Below are positions 13,318-23,600 of a DNA stretch of 64,000 nt, piece by piece; the first letter of the stretch is position 1; the number at the start of each line of letters is the position of its first letter. Both the position numbers and the translations under genes were made by a program. The DNA is from Squalus acanthias (Eukaryota). The notes beneath the pieces are model-generated. The model ran no database searches. It was not told where the DNA came from and was given only the letters and a program-made list of their open reading frames with translations. The DNA lies in NCBI GenBank assembly GCA_030390025.1, contig CM059432.1, positions 85,314,001 to 85,378,000 of the forward strand, in the 5' to 3' direction.

Positions 13318-13614
13318 CATTGAGTAGTAGTGCAGGGATTTCCTGATCTTACATGCATCATCATGGGGAGGTACCATACAGAGGCCAGACAAATTTCCCC
13401 ACAGTGAGGCAGGGAAAAATCAGAGGGAGAATCATTAAGAACTGCACTCACATATCTCCATCCATCGAGTAACATTGACAGAGGCCTGGGCGTGGGTTGC
13501 TTACCTGATCTCAGATTCAGTATGGCGCATGACTGGGAAGAGAGGGAACAAATAATGAAAAATATTGCTGAAATCGGTTTGCTTTATCAAAATATCACTA
13601 TCACGACATATATT

Positions 13615-14242
13615 GGGGGAAAATTGGGTCGCGCCCCCTTTGGGACTTTTAGCGCCTTGAAAAAGTTAGCGACCCGCGCCCGAAATTCACTGGTAGCGCC
13701 CCAAGAGGGAGGCGGGGACGCTACTAGAAGCGCCCCGCCTCCCTCTTGGAGCGCTGCGAGTGAATATCGCGGCGCTACGTGCCGCAGCGTTGCGGTACTG
13801 CAGGCCTTACTCCCCTTATTAAAGGGGAGGGGCCTAGCGCAGCGTGACCCGGGGCCCAGCTGGGCCACCGCGGATCGGAGTGCCGGCAAAAGAGCCCGGC
13901 ACTCAAAAGTGCCGGACTCACAGAGTGCAGCCGGCATTCCGCGAGGGGGGCTTCACAGAAGGCCGGGGACGGCAAAGCGGGCAGGTGCTGGCAGGCGGCC
14001 AGCAACAAAAATGGCCGCCCGGCACCTTCCCTTTAATTTGCGCTGCCCCGGCCTCAGGTAGGCTTCCCCTGACCCGGTCGGACATAACATCCAACGGTAA
14101 GTCAGGGAGCGCTACCGCCGGCGGCGCAGCGCCGCAGGGCGCTAACGGTTACCGTCGCCGCTAACCTCCCGCTGAATTTTGCGGGAGGCGTTAGCGGCGC
14201 CATGCCCAGGCGGGAGGCGCAAATCAACCAAATTTTTACCCC
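13615..14242 (+). mobile_element. GC/CpG-rich Harbinger-type MITE family B
   Basis: GGGGGAAAATT/AATTTTTACCCC TIR with ATT TSD. Reverse-complement homolog of 22326-23056. Confidence 0.8.
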
Positions 14243-14614
14243 ATTATCTTTATAGGAGGCTGTTATCAGGATATCCACTTACACTTGAATAATTCCACAG
14301 CTTAAATAACTGGCTTACATGAATGCTTTCCGTGTGTATTTACTATAATTACTAATTGTCTACCTTTTGTGTGAGCAGCCAGTGGTTTCAGTGGTTTCAG
14401 CTCCTCCTTGAACTGTTTGCGACTGGCTCAGAAGTCCAATCAATCTTTCTAACTCTAAGATCCAGCTTGAATCCTGTTTTCTGAGGAAATATGACTGAGT
14501 ATATCTGGCCTTGTGTGAGGGGTTTGCACAGATCTGAATTCTCATCCCAGAGCCCCTCCTAGGTTGGGTTTAAGGCAAAATAAAGTGGATTTGAGTAAAG
14601 TGAATAAAGTAGAT

Positions 14615-14725
14615 ATCCTACATTACAACAGTGACTACATTCAACAGTAATTCATTGGCTGTAAAGCACTTTGGGACGTCCTGAGGTCGTGAAAGGTGCT
14701 ATATAACTGCAAGTTCTTTCTTTAC
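14615..14725 (+). mobile_element. SINE 3' portion with L2-type tail (DeuSINE-like)
   Basis: GGCTGTAAAGCACTTTGGGACGTCCTGAGGTCGTGAAAGGTGCTATATAACTGCAAGT tail, recognised by recall only. Confidence 0.55.
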
Positions 14726-15788
14726 TATTGCACTTGATTGCAAAGATCCTTTTTGGAGCTCATTCGAATGACTGGGCCATCTTTATGCTTCAGTGGACAT
14801 TCATTCTTATCGCAATGACTAGTGAATAAGATAATTTAGGGGACAAAAGTACTGAGCTCAATTCTCTGCAAATAATAGTAACAATCTCAGCTGTTATTTT
14901 TTAAAAGCAAATGCCAAATGTCAAGGAAAAACAGGAACATGACTGGATCTCTTTTATTTTGAATAGTGAAAGTGGATGAAATCTTCTCCCACACTTTTGT
15001 GTACAGAATATAGCAGCCCACAGCTGGTAGAGCAAGTCTACCTAAGCTACATGCCAGCAATAGCCATTACATTCACCATTATCAGATCAACACAATACAA
15101 TTCTCTATAACTAATCAAACATTTGGTGAACAGCAAAAATGTTTAGTATGAGATGCTGACTTTCCTCTGTGTAAATGTTTCATTCATAATTGACCGAAAC
15201 AATAGTAATTAATAAGCAAACTAGAGTTATTAGAAAATTGATGTGTGTTGTGTTAATAGCTTTAGTGAGTTTGAATGCCACACCAGCTAGAGAGTTGTTC
15301 AAACCAGGCAGTTCAGGTCAGATCAATGAGATTAAAGGCCTGGCCAACCCAACCAGATGATCCCGTTTATTGTTCTCAGTGATGACAACCACCTAATGCT
15401 CAAAAGACAAGAAAAAAAGAGGGAACAGGACAATGAATAGAAGAGAAAAAACAATGGCCCAAAAATTAGTCTTGCTACGCGAGAGTATGCACTGTGTACT
15501 CTCGCGTATTCTGTCTCCAATTGCCGGTTTTCTGCATGCACTGCGCATGCGCTGAAAACCGGCACTTGGTGATTTCAAAAGGGGGCGGTTCCTAGGTGAA
15601 CCGCGTGCGCGCTACAGGCTGCGCGCACGCAGTACACTTAGTGCTTTGAACGCGCAGGTAAGCATGGAAGATTTTGCACATAAAGAAAGGAGGCGTAAGA
15701 CCCTCTTTTAACAAGGTAAGTAGTTAATTACGTATTATTTTGAATTTTTTTCAACAGGTATATCTTTTTTAGAGACTTTAAAGAAAGG

Positions 15789-15982
15789 TGTGGTAACACA
15801 ATACAGCTTCCTGTGACTCGAACTTTATTACATCACTTCCTGTGATTAGTCCAGGATAAATACTGGGCTGATCAGTTGGATCCTGGAGAGGCATAGAGTA
15901 AGACCTCTTTTGTATGTAGCACCTTTTTAGTTGATTAAAGCTTACTTTAAGTTCACCACGCGTAAGGCTCATTCTTACGACA
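15789..15982 (+). repeat. 5' LTR (194 bp)
   Basis: TGTGG...CGACA. Identical by eye to 20075-20268. Confidence 0.95.
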
Positions 15983-15983
15983 A

Positions 15984-15994
15984 TTTAATCAACT
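15984..15994 (+). promoter_or_regulatory. Putative self-priming primer-binding site
   Basis: TTTAATCAACT lies 1 nt after the LTR and is the exact reverse complement of LTR 15929-15939. There is no TGG tRNA-type PBS. Confidence 0.75.
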
Positions 15995-16060
15995 TTGAAA
16001 AACTTCGCACTCAAACTTTTTGGACGAACTCGGAACTAAGGATCCAAGGAATCACCCATC

Positions 16061-18811
16061 ATGGAAAACATCCTTAAACCATCGCGTCTTGACTTGGACC
16101 CAAACACCCCAGCAGCCGGTAAGGTGTGGAAACACTGGTATCGCACGTTTGACAATTTTCTCGAATATTGCAAGGCTGATGATGACTCAAAATTGCGGAT
16201 ACTCATCAACTGTGTCACCCCGAATGTATTTCAGTATGTCGAGGAATGGGGCAGTTACGAGGAGGCAATTCGGACGCTTAAAAGACTATATACTAAGACA
16301 CCGAATGAGGTCTATGCCAGACATCTACTAGCTACAGCCCAACAAGGGCCGGAGGAATCCATTGATAAATTCCTCCAAGAGCTTCGCAGACTTAGTATGG
16401 ACTGTAACTTTCAGGCGGCCTCAGCTGAGCTGTACCGTGAAGAAATGATCCGTGATGCTTTCATCTGCGGGCTTGCCTCCCCATTTATACGCCAGCGTCT
16501 ACTGGAAAGTAAGACACTTGAGCTTCAGAGAGCTTATGACATGGCTTGCTCTCTAGATCTGGCAAAAAGAAATGCAGACCTTTATACAGTGCCCAGACCT
16601 CGGTCTGCTGCCTTAACTACAGTCAGGCAATTTAAGAGGCCACAGGTGAACTCTATTAGGGAGGACTTTATCCCTGACGATCAATCTGATGACTTCACTG
16701 ATGAAGAGGATGATGACCCCACTGTGGCAGCCTCTTGGCAATCTAAGAAATGCTTCTTTTGTGGTGATGAGTTTCACCCTCGGAAATTCTGCCCTGCTCG
16801 CAATGCGTTTTGCAGTCATTGCAACAAAAAGGGTCATTTTGCAAAGGTTTGCCTATCAAGAGCCTCTACGAGGGCTTATCAAGCTAAGTCCTACCGAACT
16901 GCCCCGGTAAGGGCCTATCAAGATGTTCCGGCTAAAATCTATCGTGCTTCCTCTCGGGTTTTCTCTCGAAGAAACACACCTAGAGTTTCAGCCACTCTTT
17001 GTGCAACGACACCAATTACAGCTGCTTGTCCTCAGAACCTATTCCATGCAGCTACAAAAGCATCAATTAATGGACATACTTTAGATGCCTTAATTGACTC
17101 AGGTAGCACTGATAGTTTCATTAGGGAACAGATTGTTGCAGAGTTAAAGCTACATGTTTTCCCATCGGACCAGGCAATTGCGATGGCTCAGTCATCACTT
17201 AATACCAGAATTTCTGGCTTTTGTATGGTTGAAATAACACTTAATGGTCACAGGTATCCCTCCACCCGGCTTTCGGTGCTGAAGGACTTATGTAGTGATC
17301 TTATCTTAGGGCTGGATTTTCAAAAGCAGCATAAGAAGCTCACCATTGAGTTCGGCGGATCCAAACCTGAACTCACTATTTCTAATATACGACCTCGATT
17401 ACCGTTCTGTGCATTGTTAGCAGCTTCACTGGATGAACCCTCACTGTTTACCAGTATCCCTCCTCGATGCAAACCGATTATAACAAAGTCACGACGTTTC
17501 AGTCAGGAAGACCAGTCTTTTATTGCGGCTGAGATTTCTCGGCTTTTAGCAGAGGATATCATCGAGCCTTGTTCGTCGCCATGGCGCGCCCAGGTCGTTA
17601 TTGTTAAGAACCCTCTACAACCTCACAAGAAATGGCTGTGCATTGACTATTCACAGACCATCAATCAATATACGGACTTGGACGCATACCCATTGCCGCG
17701 CATCGATGATATGGTTAATAAACTGGCTGAGTACACGGTGTTCTCAACATATGATCTGAAAAGTGCCTATCATCAGGTACCCTTGAAGGTCTCAGACAAG
17801 CAGTATACGGCCTTTGAAGCCAATGGACGGCTGTATCAATTTCGTCGCCTCCCCTTTGGGGTCACTAATGGAGTGGCTGTCTTCCAGCGAGCAATGGATG
17901 ACCTGGTCAAACAGGAAGACTTAAAGGATACGTTTCCTTATCTGGACAATATTACTGTCGCAGGTCGCAATCAGCGGGAACATGACGCCAATCTCCAACG
18001 ATTTTGGGATGCACTCCAGCACCGTAATTTGACATTAAATGCGGCTAAATCCATTGAGTCACAACCAACCATCAACATCCTTGGCTATTGTGTGGGCAAT
18101 GGCATCATTAAACCTGACCCTGAAAGGCTTCGCCCACTCCAAGAACTCCCGCCACCTAAGAATCCGGCCTCCTTGCGCCGGGCCCTCGGCCTGTTTGCAT
18201 ACTATGCTAAATGGATTCCTAACTTCTCGGACCGAATCCAACCTCTACTGAAGGCCAGCACATTCCCACTCGACACAGCGGCTGTTGCAGCCTTTAACCT
18301 CCTGAAAAAACAGTTGGAGAAAGCGGCTCTTCACTCCATCGATGAGAGTCTTCCTTTTGTTGTTGAGTGTGATGCCTCGGAGGTGGCGATCTCGGCCACT
18401 CTGAATCAGGAAGGTCGTCCGGTGGCATTTTTGTCCAGGACTTTTCAAGGGGCTGAGCTACATTATCCTCCAGTCGAGAAAGAAGCTACAGCCATCATAG
18501 AGGCAGTACGGAAGTGGACTCATCTCCTAGCTCGCCAGCACTTTACCTTAATCACGGACCAGCGATCGGTCGCCTTCATGCTCGATAATCGAAAACGGAC
18601 CAAAATTAAAAATAATAAAATCCAGCTTTGGCGGCTGGAATTGGCCTCTTTTGGTTACACCATCCACTATCGACCTGGCAAGGAGAATGTGGCTCCGGAT
18701 ACCCTCACACGAGCATTCTGCTCCGCCATGGCACCCTCTACGCTCGTAGACATCCATGATGGGTTGTGTCATCCGGGCGTTACTCGCATGCTACACTTCG
18801 TGCGGTCCTGA
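16061..18811 (+). CDS. Gypsy Gag-Pol polyprotein (Gag, 2 CCHC knuckles, protease, RT, RNase H), ending at a premature TGA
   Basis: CFFCGDEFHPRKFC and CSHCNKKGHFAKVC knuckles; LIDSGS protease; DLKSAYHQ/LPFG/YLDN RT; CDASE RNase H; HDGLCHPG starts the integrase HHCC. Confidence 0.93.
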   Translation: MENILKPSRLDLDPNTPAAGKVWKHWYRTFDNFLEYCKADDDSKLRILINCVTPNVFQYVEEWGSYEEAIRTLKRLYTKTPNEVYARHLLATAQQGPEESIDKFLQELRRLSMDCNFQAASAELYREEMIRDAFICGLASPFIRQRLLESKTLELQRAYDMACSLDLAKRNADLYTVPRPRSAALTTVRQFKRPQVNSIREDFIPDDQSDDFTDEEDDDPTVAASWQSKKCFFCGDEFHPRKFCPARNAFCSHCNKKGHFAKVCLSRASTRAYQAKSYRTAPVRAYQDVPAKIYRASSRVFSRRNTPRVSATLCATTPITAACPQNLFHAATKASINGHTLDALIDSGSTDSFIREQIVAELKLHVFPSDQAIAMAQSSLNTRISGFCMVEITLNGHRYPSTRLSVLKDLCSDLILGLDFQKQHKKLTIEFGGSKPELTISNIRPRLPFCALLAASLDEPSLFTSIPPRCKPIITKSRRFSQEDQSFIAAEISRLLAEDIIEPCSSPWRAQVVIVKNPLQPHKKWLCIDYSQTINQYTDLDAYPLPRIDDMVNKLAEYTVFSTYDLKSAYHQVPLKVSDKQYTAFEANGRLYQFRRLPFGVTNGVAVFQRAMDDLVKQEDLKDTFPYLDNITVAGRNQREHDANLQRFWDALQHRNLTLNAAKSIESQPTINILGYCVGNGIIKPDPERLRPLQELPPPKNPASLRRALGLFAYYAKWIPNFSDRIQPLLKASTFPLDTAAVAAFNLLKKQLEKAALHSIDESLPFVVECDASEVAISATLNQEGRPVAFLSRTFQGAELHYPPVEKEATAIIEAVRKWTHLLARQHFTLITDQRSVAFMLDNRKRTKIKNNKIQLWRLELASFGYTIHYRPGKENVAPDTLTRAFCSAMAPSTLVDIHDGLCHPGVTRMLHFVRS

Positions 18812-20011
18812 AATCTCCCATTCTCTACCGGGGATGTAAAGAAGATGTGCTCAGACTGCAGAGTCTGTGCGGAATTGAAACCTCAGTTTTTCCGCCCCTC
18901 GGGTGGTATACTCATACATGCGACCCAGCCAATGCAACGGCTTAGCATCGATTTTAAGGGGCCGTTGCCCTCTTCAACTCGCAACACTTATCTATTGACC
19001 ATGGTCGATGAGTATTCCCGTTTTCCGTTTGCCTTTCCCTGCCCCAATATGCTGACGACCACGGTTATCAGCTGCCTTGAGCAGGTATTTGCTTTCTGTG
19101 GCATGGCATCCTATGTTCATTCGGATCGGGGCCCTTCTTTTATGTCAGGAGAACTCAAGGCCTATCTCTCGGAACGGGGTATTGCTGCCAGCAGAACGAC
19201 GCCTTATCATCCGGTCGGGAATGGGCAAGTCGAGCGTTTTAACGCTATCATCTGGAATGCGGTACGTCTGGCTTTGAGATCTCGGGGCCTACCCAACCAG
19301 CAATGGGAAGCAGTACTTCCAGACGCATTACACTCCACACGGTCCCTCCTTTCGACCGCCACAAATACGACGCCTCATGAACGGTTCTTCCGATTTCAGC
19401 GTCGCTCATCCTATGGGATATCTCTCCCGTCGTGGCTGACTGCACCGGGACCAGTGCTACTCCGAAGATATGTTCGGGCGTCTAAGAATGACCCCCTGGT
19501 AGATGAGGTTGAGCTCACTGACGTCAACCCTACCTACGCCTATATTCGGTATCCTGACGGTCGGGAATCTACCGTGTCATTGCGGGATCTGGCTCCCTGC
19601 CCGCCGAAACATAGAGGGACACCAGGGGATGATATTGTACCAGGCACATCTCTGGGCTCGCCAGGTGCCTCTCATCACGATCTGGATCTGACGCCGGCTG
19701 GTACCTCACTCCAGCGTGCCGACCTGGGGCAGACTGACTATGAGCCCGTCGGGGCTCGCACGCGCAGCCACGATCCACCCCGTACCGTACGCTCGGAAAC
19801 GGATCTGCCACAGCCCTGCCCGACACCCGTTCGGGCACCAGTACACAGTCAGGATCGTCCTGACCCCTCACAGAGCGGGCTGGATCACTCGGACTCTGGT
19901 CCACGGCCCGCGGCGGGTAAACGGGCTAGGGGCCCTCTACCGCTACGAGAACCCAAACGGGTGCGGCTCTCCCTCGTCCAGCGGCTACGAAATGGAGGGA
20001 GAATGTGGTAA
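18812..20011 (+). CDS. Gypsy integrase, in-frame continuation of Pol after the TGA
   Basis: Same frame as 16061. Motifs CRVC, DFKGP, DEYSRF, SDRG, GQVERFN (DDE), then a Pro/Arg-rich tail. Confidence 0.9.
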   Translation, partial: NLPFSTGDVKKMCSDCRVCAELKPQFFRPSGGILIHATQPMQRLSIDFKGPLPSSTRNTYLLTMVDEYSRFPFAFPCPNMLTTTVISCLEQVFAFCGMASYVHSDRGPSFMSGELKAYLSERGIAASRTTPYHPVGNGQVERFNAIIWNAVRLALRSRGLPNQQWEAVLPDALHSTRSLLSTATNTTPHERFFRFQRRSSYGISLPSWLTAPGPVLLRRYVRASKNDPLVDEVELTDVNPTYAYIRYPDGRESTVSLRDLAPCPPKHRGTPGDDIVPGTSLGSPGASHHDLDLTPAGTSLQRADLGQTDYEPVGARTRSHDPPRTVRSETDLPQPCPTPVRAPVHSQDRPDPSQSGLDHSDSGPRPAAGKRARGPLPLREPKRVRLSLVQRLRNGGRMW

Positions 20012-20040
20012 CACAATACAGCTTCCTGTGACTCGAACTT
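20004..20040 (+). repeat. Extra partial copy of the first 37 bp of the LTR
   Basis: TGTGGTAACACAATACAGCTTCCTGTGACTCGAACTT, preceded by the purine run GGAGGGAGAA. Confidence 0.9.
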
Positions 20041-20062
20041 CATCCCGGCCTCCTAATCTTTT

Positions 20063-20074
20063 GGGGGGGGAGAA
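20063..20074 (+). promoter_or_regulatory. Polypurine tract
   Basis: GGGGGGGGAGAA abutting the 3' LTR. Confidence 0.9.
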
Positions 20075-20268
20075 TGTGGTAACACAATACAGCTTCCTGT
20101 GACTCGAACTTTATTACATCACTTCCTGTGATTAGTCCAGGATAAATACTGGGCTGATCAGTTGGATCCTGGAGAGGCATAGAGTAAGACCTCTTTTGTA
20201 TGTAGCACCTTTTTAGTTGATTAAAGCTTACTTTAAGTTCACCACGCGTAAGGCTCATTCTTACGACA
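20075..20268 (+). repeat. 3' LTR (194 bp)
   Basis: Direct repeat of 15789-15982. Confidence 0.95.
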
Positions 20269-21089
20269 AAAGGTAAGTTTATTTTTATAACTTTTTAAAA
20301 GATTTTAAATTTTTTCAAAAATTTAATTTTTTGTTTAAAGTGGTTAATTTATTTAACTATACTTATTTTATTAATGTGATGGTTTTTTTTAAAAAATTTA
20401 ATTGAGGTTTAGCTGTTCTTTTGGGGGGTATAGATTCATAGCTTTCACAGCCCTTGCTCTGAAAACTATGAATGAAAGATGGTGTGCTGCCATTGGCTGT
20501 AACTGAATCACGTGATCCCACAGCTCGCACGAATTAACTGCGCCTGTGGGATACGGAAGCACTGCACAGCTGCTGTCTAGAAAATCAAGTTCGTGCGAGC
20601 TCGGAATTAAAAGGCAGGCGCGCAGTGAGATATCGCGGGGAAGCCTTACCCCCGCACGAAGGCTCCGTCATTAATTTCTGGGCCAATATAAACTAAAGAA
20701 ACAGGAAAGTTAGGTGGCTACGTTATACTGTGACTGCAATACATTAAAGCTCCAATGTTTTATATCATGGAGTGATATAATGTGAGTTAGCTTCTTGTAC
20801 TACAAAATACAGCGTATAACAAGCCAACAAAGTATATTGCTACCTCTCAGATTTCATACCTCTGAGTGCAGTGTGTGCTTTCAACAAGGTTGCTAGCCAC
20901 TGAACATTGTTAAGAGCACAAGATCTTCTACATTACTATTACAGTATCTAGTTTCCAACTTGAATCCAAGCAATGATAGTATTTGACATCAATGTAGGAA
21001 CGACTTTGTGTACCGTAGCCCAGAATCTATCACAGGAAATATAAGGAATTATAGATTTTACATTTTTTCACAGATTTTGCACAAATATT

Positions 21090-22203
21090 GGCCCGGATTT
21101 TGCGGTCAGCAGCGAAGGAATGGTGCTCACTGTTCACCTCGCTGACAGCTGCCCACAAAGTTTTCTTGGGCTTTTGAGCGCAGACTTGCTCTAATCCGCC
21201 ATCTGATCCAGCAAGGCGCCCTCTACAGGGGATTTGTGGCATGTGTGAGCAGGAAGAAACAACGAGGCTCTTCAACCAATCAGATTGAAGAATCCTCATT
21301 GAGACATGATGGGCTGGATTTTCATTGACCCGTGGAGGCTGGTTTGGAGGCGAGTGGGGGGTTAAAATTGCGAAAACTGGCGGGCGGGCACGAGTCCGCC
21401 TCCATCCCGCCTCCACGCAATTTTCATTAAATCGTGTCTGCTGGTCCCGACTCCGTCCCGCCTCTAAGAGGCAGGATAGGCTGTTAAGGCCCTTAACAAG
21501 CACAAAATTGCCTCTATAATGCCATTTTGAAAGGCCTTTGTGATTTTAACCCTTTTTCTACGTGAAGCACGCCTGTTCTGAACCACGAATGTGAAACCTG
21601 GCGGGAGCACATTTGGATAGATGACGCTGGCTGGCTGGTTGGCTGGCTGGCTGGCTATGGGGATGGATGGAAAGCAGACATATCTGGGAGTGGTGGTGTA
21701 AAAATATCTGGGAGCAGACTTAGGACTGCTGCTGCTCATTTTGCAGGTCCTCTCACAGCAAAGGCCAGGCAGTCTTTGAAGAGGTGGGATTAAGAGAGAG
21801 AAATAAAAGAGACAAACAGACAAAGTAAATCTCCAACACTAATTAACTTAGGAAAGAGTGAGACTCCACAGTTGTAAAATTAAAATTTCAGCGCCAGAGA
21901 GGTTGTTTGGCAGTAATTATCACTTATCTCGCCGTTAAAAATTCACTTCTGAATGCACCAGCTCTAACTTTTTCTGGCATCTTTAGTGGGGAACTAGTGG
22001 GTAAGTACCCCAAGTTTATGCCATTACAGTGATTTCAGTGCCGAGTCTATCAGCGAGGACTGTTACAGTGCACCCTGTGGAGGAGCGGGATATCTCTGAC
22101 AGCAACTTCCTGATTTCCGTGTTTAACTGCGCTTGTGTGGACGCCAGAAGTTGCTGTCAGATTTTCTCTGTTATAGCAGGATAAAAAACTCAAAATCCGA
22201 GCC
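21090..22203. mobile_element. Harbinger-type MITE with a nested Harbinger terminus
   Basis: TIR GGC(C/T)CGGATTTTG with ATT TSD. 21311-~21610 is a reverse-complement homolog of the right end of the 53374-57622 element. Confidence 0.7.
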
Positions 22204-22325
22204 ATTATTTCATGTTCTTATGCATCACTTGAAACTGAATTCATTTTCATACATCAGATATCCAGTTATAATCCTGTGGTACATTTTATTTTATTGCAGG
22301 ACAGAAGCATGAAATATGAGTCCTG

Positions 22326-23056
22326 GGGGGAAAAATTGGGTTGCTTTGCGCCTCCCGTTAGCACCCCGGGGAGGCACTAACGGGGCGCAAAGCCCCTAGG
22401 TGCCACGCCGCTAATGCCTCCCGCGAAATTCAGCGGGAGGTTAGCGGCGCCGGCAGCACCCCACGCGCTGTGCCTCCGGCGATGACGTCATCGCCATAGG
22501 CAGTGCCCCGCTCACGCCCCTGCCGCAAACTTCGGTTGCGCCCACTGACCTATCACCGGACGATATGTCTGACAGGGTCAGGGTGATGTTTTAGCGGCCG
22601 CGGCGGCGCAAATTAAAGGGCATGTGCCGGGCGGCCATTTTTTTTGGGCCGCCTGCCAGCACTTGCCCCCTTTCGCCTCCTGCGGGGTGCCGGCTGCGAT
22701 CAGTCAGCCCGGCACTCCTCTTGAGTGCCGGCTGTTTTCCCGGCACCCCACTCCCTGGTGGTCCAGCAGGGCCCTGGTGCGTGTTATGCTAGGTCGCTCC
22801 CCTTTAATCAGGGGAGGGAGGCCTGCAATAACGTGGCGCTACGTGCCGACGTGCGTGGCGCTGTTGCACGTAGCTCCGCGATATTGAATGGTAGCGCCCC
22901 AGGAAGGAGGGGGAGTGCTTCCAGTAGCGCCCCGCCTCCTGCTTGGGGCACTACCACTCAATTAACAGCGTAGGGGTGCTAACTTTTTCGGGGCGCTAAA
23001 AGTAGCGCCCCAGCGAATTTAGCGCCCCAAAGGGTACGCAACCGAATTTTTCCCCC
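22326..23056 (-). mobile_element. MITE family B
   Basis: Perfect 12-bp TIR GGGGGAAAAATT with CTG TSD. Confidence 0.85.
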
Positions 23057-23600
23057 CTGATTTTTTTGTGGACACCACTAGGCAGAAGTGTTTGATGGAG
23101 GTGTCTTGGAATCTTTTCCATTTTCAGCTTAGTTGCCAACTGTCCATTTTTGCGTGGACATCAACTTTTCCATTCTCCATTTGCGGTATTCACATGGGGG
23201 CTAGGCTGATTTGGGGTTAAAGTCCAATTAGTCGACCTGCGAAACTGACATATTTGAGTCAAGTGAAAACAGGATAGAGACTGAATTTGAGGGAAAATAT
23301 TCAGGAGACCCAGTGGACAATTAGGAGTCACAGAACAGGCAAGCATTTGGGGCTAGTACATGTCACAAGAAAAACAGAGTCAAAGAAGTGTTTTGCTGTG
23401 TAGAATTTGCACAGAAGATGCCAACTGGAAGAGCTGGAACCTCTGTGCTGTATTCAGATAGGCATTAATGATGGGAGTTTTTGGTAGCAGTTAGTTTAAA
23501 TTAGTGGTGTATGGTTAGGCTACACAAGCACATTTCATCACTACCTGACTTCTGAAGCCCCAGTTATGAGTTGAATTTAGATAATTAGTGTACAGACTTA

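Larger units (their letters stand above)
15789..20268 (+). mobile_element. Full-length Ty3/Gypsy LTR retrotransposon
   Basis: Two TG...CA LTRs, a 5-bp TSD AAAGG (15784-15788, 20269-20273), gag-PR-RT-RH-IN domain order, and a PPT. No env. Confidence 0.97.
15456..20684 (-). mobile_element. MITE family A, copy 2, split by the Gypsy insertion
   Basis: TIRs GGCCCAAAAATT/AATTTCTGGGCC with AAT TSD. Halves 15456-15788 and 20269-20684 join to match copies 1 and 3. Confidence 0.85.

Noticed and set aside
13492..14164. 189-aa and overlapping ORFs as genes
   Set aside because: They lie in a GC-rich MITE depleted of stops and show no recognisable domain.
19569..20102. env or accessory ORF in the Gypsy element
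   Set aside because: These are short alternative-frame ORFs overlapping the integrase tail, with no signal peptide or transmembrane segment.
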